Made by a program: the position numbers and the translations under genes
Part shown: positions 59,915-64,000 of the stretch, piece after piece
Layout: each line of letters begins with the position of its first letter
Position numbering within the stretch: the stretch's first letter is position 1
Notes under the pieces: generated by a model
What the model saw: the letters and a program-made list of their open reading frames with translations, nothing else
Database searches by the model: none
What the model was told of the DNA's origin: nothing
Source: an uncultured Clostridia bacterium
Lineage (GTDB): Bacteria; Bacillota; Clostridia; Oscillospirales; CAG-272
Direction of reading: 5' to 3'
Length of the DNA stretch: 64,000 nucleotides
Assembly (NCBI GenBank): GCA_948466345.1
Contig: CAOKAC010000005.1
Location: 8,406 to 72,405, forward strand

Positions 59915-62677
59915 GTGAAAACTGTCAAACGTGTGCTCAGCGTGATTTTGGCGCTATTGCTTCTGCCATGGACTGTATTGTGCAGCACAGCAATAACGAA
60001 TCCGTCCTCTGTCCCTCTTGGCATATTAGATCCGCAGCTTTGGGAAGGAAGCGACGCAGTGCAGCAGATCCGTTCCCGCCCTTCCGGGGAGGGAAGCATG
60101 TTGTATGTGACTGCCACAAGCACTGAGGAGACGACACTTTCCATATCTGCTGACTTAGAGCAGCCTCTGGAGCTTACAGCTTTGCGGGAGCTTGCTTTTT
60201 CTATGTATATCAGCGGCAACGGCGAATGCAGCCTTACCGTGACATTTTTGTGCGGCGGCATATATTACAACGCGTCGACGAAAGTATCTGCGGGAGGAAA
60301 AACGATGGCGTATATACTGCTTCCCCAGCAGGTCAAAGGGACTGTGGACGCACTGGCGCTTACATTGACCCGACAGGATGAACCGATTCAGTCTTTTTCC
60401 ATTTTATCAGCATCAGGAGACGAACGGTACAGCTATGCACACGTGGAGCGCTTTATGAGCGCAGGCTTTGAATCGGTGACAGGCACATTGCGGGAAGAAG
60501 AAAAACGGATTTTTATCGATGCGGAAAACGGCAGCGCTTCTTTTTATCCACATTATATTAGCAAAGGAGCGGGAGACGAGGGGGCTACAGTATGCTTGCG
60601 TATACGCAGCGGGCATGCCTCTGGAACGATTGCTGTGGAAGGCGTGTCCGGTACGGCGCCGCTGCCGATTGCAGCGGGGGAGCATACCTATGTTTTTGTG
60701 ATAGAGGGGGCCTATTCGGAGTTGAAATATATTTTGAACGGCGTGACAGCTACGCAGGAAGCTCCTCTTGCAATCACCAGCGCGGCAATTTATCCATCGA
60801 AGGCTTTCGCTGCAGAAAAAATCGGCACCATCACATCCTGCCGGTCTGACGGGAAAAATGTTACAGTAAAAGGCACGCTTTCTTCAGAAACAGTTGTGGA
60901 GTATATTGACGGCCAGTTGGCGTTGTATATGATACCGGTTTGGGAAGAGGAAAAGGCAATACTCCAGGAGGAGCCTGCGGCAAAGATGAACATATCTACT
61001 CGGTTTGAACTGTCTGCAGTGCCGGAGAATTTGGATGTGCTGTATAAATATAAAGTAATGATTTTGTCAGGAGACAAAAAAATATCTGTGGCGCCTGCAG
61101 CTTTTTTGAACAGTGGTGTGGCGGTTACGGTTGCGGACGCTTCTGTAACTGGCGTTCATGGAACGGACACGGTGGGGGTTTTTGAGTCCAATGTTTCCAA
61201 TGTGGTTTTGGATGTATATGCTAACCGACTTCTGGAAACGGATGATGTATATGCGGCGCTGTTATATAATGCTGGCAGTTCTCATTATTATTTTGACCGT
61301 TCTTACGTGGAAGAACTGGACGCGCAAATTTCTGTTCATAAATCTTCTGGAACGCATGTGTATATCCGTCTGTTTTCATCACAGGAAAATGGATTTGTCT
61401 ATACAGCATCAGATCAGGGAAGCATATTGCAAATGTATGCGCTAACCTCATTTTTGGCGGAGCGTTATCAGGGCGTTGCAGGATTTATTATGGGCAGTGG
61501 AGCAAATCTGCAGTTTTGGAACACTCCAGAAGATCTTGCAAGCCTTACGGCTATATTTGCGGAGATTGTACAGAAGAAATGTCCGGGAGCAGCGGCGGTG
61601 GTTCCTATAGGCAGTGTATATGATGATACTGGTACTGTATATCCCCTTGCAGGGCTTTCTCCAAAAGACCCGGCATTGTTTCTCAGCCAGTTATCCTTTA
61701 CACTCAGCCAGCGGCGTGCCAGCAGTATTCTCCTTGCGTATGAAAGTTTTTCTCGGCCTGAAGGGGCGGTTTTAGAAGCTTCTTATCTTACATCTCTGAT
61801 AGCAGCATGTGGACATGTTTGTGACGGCGGCATGCTGCTTTGGCAGCCAGATGCAGGAAGTGATGCAGATATAAGTGCGCAATATGAAAGTCTTTGTCTA
61901 GAAGCGATGCAGACGGGGCTGCGCAGTGTGGTTTTGTCTGTTGCAAATTTACATGTTTCCGACTTGTTATTTGACAGAATTAAAGAAACTGTTTTTGATA
62001 ATACATCCGCTCAGTTAATCCAACGTATGGCTGCTGTAAATAATACTGCCGCCTATAAGGGAACGCACCCTTTATGGGATTTTACAGATTCTTATGATAT
62101 TGGAGGCTGGGTATCCGGCGGCGGGATGGGCAGAATATTTTCTGCACATGCGGAAAATACTCCCGGTCGGGTTCTGCGAACCCAATTGGAAAATGCTAGC
62201 GGAGAAGCGGGCCTGCTGCTTTGTTGGCTGGATAGGCCATTGGATCTTTCCGAAGGAAGTGTCGTATTTTCTTTCGGTCTGCATGATATAGGACAGGCAG
62301 GAGAGCTTTCTGTTATTTTTGGCAGTGGGGATTCCAGAGCGGAGTATTTACTTTCCCAGCCACAGGACGCATATTTTACAGTGACCTGTGATTTGATGGA
62401 TTTTTCTGCTGCCTCTGCTGTTGAATATATTGCCATTATTCTGCGGGGGGAGAGCGGCGCTGCGTTGGAAATTTCCAGTGTAAAAGTTTGCAGCATGGTT
62501 AAAACGGAGCATCAGCTCCAGCAGTTTATAGAAGGCGGGCAGGAAGAGATACAGCCTGCCAATCCGGTATATTATGTCATCCTTGTTTCTATGACAGCAA
62601 TAACGGTTGCGATATTTTCCATGTTGGGCAGGCGCAGTGGTCGAAGGGCACACAAAAATACGCAGCAAAAGGGATGA
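59915..62677 (+). CDS. large secreted, C-terminally membrane-anchored protein of unknown function (~920 aa)
   Basis: GTG at 59915 after GGGGAGGAA. Signal peptide VKTVKRVLSVILALLLLPWTVLCS. C-terminal TM helix YYVILVSMTAITVAIFSML followed by a basic tail. The start lies downstream of the rpsI terminator, so the ORF-track start at 59786 is unlikely. Confidence 0.65.
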   Translation: MKTVKRVLSVILALLLLPWTVLCSTAITNPSSVPLGILDPQLWEGSDAVQQIRSRPSGEGSMLYVTATSTEETTLSISADLEQPLELTALRELAFSMYISGNGECSLTVTFLCGGIYYNASTKVSAGGKTMAYILLPQQVKGTVDALALTLTRQDEPIQSFSILSASGDERYSYAHVERFMSAGFESVTGTLREEEKRIFIDAENGSASFYPHYISKGAGDEGATVCLRIRSGHASGTIAVEGVSGTAPLPIAAGEHTYVFVIEGAYSELKYILNGVTATQEAPLAITSAAIYPSKAFAAEKIGTITSCRSDGKNVTVKGTLSSETVVEYIDGQLALYMIPVWEEEKAILQEEPAAKMNISTRFELSAVPENLDVLYKYKVMILSGDKKISVAPAAFLNSGVAVTVADASVTGVHGTDTVGVFESNVSNVVLDVYANRLLETDDVYAALLYNAGSSHYYFDRSYVEELDAQISVHKSSGTHVYIRLFSSQENGFVYTASDQGSILQMYALTSFLAERYQGVAGFIMGSGANLQFWNTPEDLASLTAIFAEIVQKKCPGAAAVVPIGSVYDDTGTVYPLAGLSPKDPALFLSQLSFTLSQRRASSILLAYESFSRPEGAVLEASYLTSLIAACGHVCDGGMLLWQPDAGSDADISAQYESLCLEAMQTGLRSVVLSVANLHVSDLLFDRIKETVFDNTSAQLIQRMAAVNNTAAYKGTHPLWDFTDSYDIGGWVSGGGMGRIFSAHAENTPGRVLRTQLENASGEAGLLLCWLDRPLDLSEGSVVFSFGLHDIGQAGELSVIFGSGDSRAEYLLSQPQDAYFTVTCDLMDFSAASAVEYIAIILRGESGAALEISSVKVCSMVKTEHQLQQFIEGGQEEIQPANPVYYVILVSMTAITVAIFSMLGRRSGRRAHKNTQQKG

Positions 62678-62870
62678 TATGGAATTTATGTGGGTCACAC
62701 GTAAAGTGTGTATTTTCTTTTTGCGTTTTTTGTCATTCTTTCTATTGCAATGCGGCAGTATGCATTATATAATAAAGGAGTACATTTTGTAAAAATATGC
62801 AGAACCCGGGAAACGGTGCACATATGTTTTGCATGGAATATACACCGCATTGAGCGGTATGGGAGGATTT

Positions 62871-64000
62871 ATGGAACGCAAGATTGGAACTGTATCAAGG
62901 GGAATACGCTGTCCTATTATTCGTGAAGGGGATGAACTCTCATCCATTGTTGTCAACAGCGTTTTGTATGCTGCGCAGCAAGACGGATTTGTTTTGCGCG
63001 ACAGGGATGTCATAGCAATTACCGAGTCCATTGTTGCACGCGCACAGGGAAATTATGCTTGTGTTGCAGATGTTGCGGCAGATGTGAAAACCAAACTGGG
63101 CGGTGAAACCATTGGTGTGATTTTTCCAATTCTTTCCCGAAATCGTTTTGCAGTTTGCTTGCGGGGAATTGCCCAAGGAGCAAAGAAAATCGTTTTGATG
63201 CTCAGCTATCCCAGTGACGAGGTGGGCAATCAGCTGGTTACTTTGGATCAGCTGGATGAAGCTGGTGTCAATCCCTATACGGATCTTCTTACACTGCAGC
63301 AATACAGAGACTTGTTTGGAGAAAACAAACATCCCTTTACCGGTGTGGATTATGTACAGTACTATGGAGATTTGATACGTCAGTGTGGTGCGGAATGTGA
63401 AATTATTTTTGCTAATGATCCTCGGCGGATATTGGAGTATACCAAGGATGTGCTTCACTGCGATATCCATTCCCGCGCCAGAACCAAGCGGCTGTTAATG
63501 GCAGCCGGGGCGCGTCACGTATATGGCTTGGATGAGATTTTGAACGCACCTGTCAATGGCAGTGGCTGCAATGAACAGTTTGGACTTTTGGGATCTAACA
63601 AATCTACGGAAGACAAGATTAAGTTATTTCCAAGAGACTGCATGCCGCTGGTCATGGAAATTCAAAAGCAGATGCTAGAGAAAACCGGAAAGCATATAGA
63701 AGTGATGGTATATGGGGATGGAGCCTTTAAGGATCCCGTGGGACATATTTGGGAGTTGGCGGACCCTTGTGTCTCTGCCGCAAATACACCCGGGTTGGAA
63801 GGCACACCTAATGAAATTAAGCTGAAATATTTGGCAGACAATGATTTTGCTTCCCTTTCCGGAGAAGCGCTACAAAGGGCTATTGAAGACCAAATTAAAG
63901 AAAAAAAGGACAATTTGGTAGGCGATATGGCCTCCCAAGGCACGACGCCGCGACGCTTTACCGATCTTTTAGGATCCCTCAGTGATTTAACCAGCGGGTC
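62871..64000 (+). CDS. F420-0:gamma-glutamyl ligase (CofE)-like protein, 3' end outside the window
   Basis: This ORF is absent from the supplied track because it has no stop codon in the window. ATG at 62871 after GGGAGGA. Translation MERKIGTVSRGIRCPIIREGDELSSIVVNSVL..RDVIAITESIVARAQGNY .. GTTPRRFTDLLGSLSDLTSG fits the CofE-like family pattern. Confidence 0.65.
   Translation, partial: MERKIGTVSRGIRCPIIREGDELSSIVVNSVLYAAQQDGFVLRDRDVIAITESIVARAQGNYACVADVAADVKTKLGGETIGVIFPILSRNRFAVCLRGIAQGAKKIVLMLSYPSDEVGNQLVTLDQLDEAGVNPYTDLLTLQQYRDLFGENKHPFTGVDYVQYYGDLIRQCGAECEIIFANDPRRILEYTKDVLHCDIHSRARTKRLLMAAGARHVYGLDEILNAPVNGSGCNEQFGLLGSNKSTEDKIKLFPRDCMPLVMEIQKQMLEKTGKHIEVMVYGDGAFKDPVGHIWELADPCVSAANTPGLEGTPNEIKLKYLADNDFASLSGEALQRAIEDQIKEKKDNLVGDMASQGTTPRRFTDLLGSLSDLTSG

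Noticed and set aside
62940-63943. Minus-strand ORFs 62940..63470 (176 aa) and 63662..63943 (93 aa)
   Set aside because: They are antisense to the longer + strand CofE-like ORF, which has a proper RBS and family-like motifs. The track omitted that ORF only because it has no stop codon in the window.

Overview
This is a 64 kb chromosomal window from a Gram-positive anaerobe. I infer a spore-forming Clostridia of Oscillospiraceae/Ruminococcaceae type from the SpoVB-like flippase, the dockerin-bearing enzyme and the TnpV-type mobile DNA. Most of the window is ordinary housekeeping: pheT 3' end, pyrR-pyrP, tadA, ligA, nfo, recG, mltG, ftsK, dapA, ppa, obg, rsmF-like, rplM-rpsI and one tRNA-Glu(CUC). 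Convergent genes are separated by clear bidirectional hairpin terminators. Five loci stand out. (1) 33.5-40.8 kb holds a 2,279-aa Sec-signal RHS/YD-repeat polymorphic toxin. Its AT-rich C-terminal tip has no motif I can assign, and a translationally coupled 154-aa candidate immunity gene follows it. (2) 47.38-51.81 kb is a ~4.4 kb AT-rich insertion that splits a perfect 18-bp terminator hairpin shared by rsmF and mscS. It has 17-bp imperfect terminal inverted repeats and carries tnpV, an excisionase-type HTH gene, a 1,102-aa helicase IV-like protein with a nuclease-like insert, two zinc ribbons and a winged-helix tail, and only the last ~51 codons of a serine recombinase. (3) 53.56-55.1 kb is a decayed F1 ATP-synthase remnant (atpG-atpD-atpC) with a frameshift, a nonsense codon and an in-frame beta/epsilon fusion. 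(4) 57.55-57.86 kb is a complete T-box leader that controls, unusually, an XRE-HTH + cupin + acyl-CoA-synthetase fusion gene. (5) 17.7-20.2 kb is an ArsR/SmtB-regulated metal-efflux operon with an SmtB-like operator. I saw no CRISPR array, rRNA gene or intact transposase. One long + strand ORF (62871 to the window end) is missing from the supplied ORF track because it has no stop codon inside the window. All homology calls come from reading motifs by eye, and no database search was possible.
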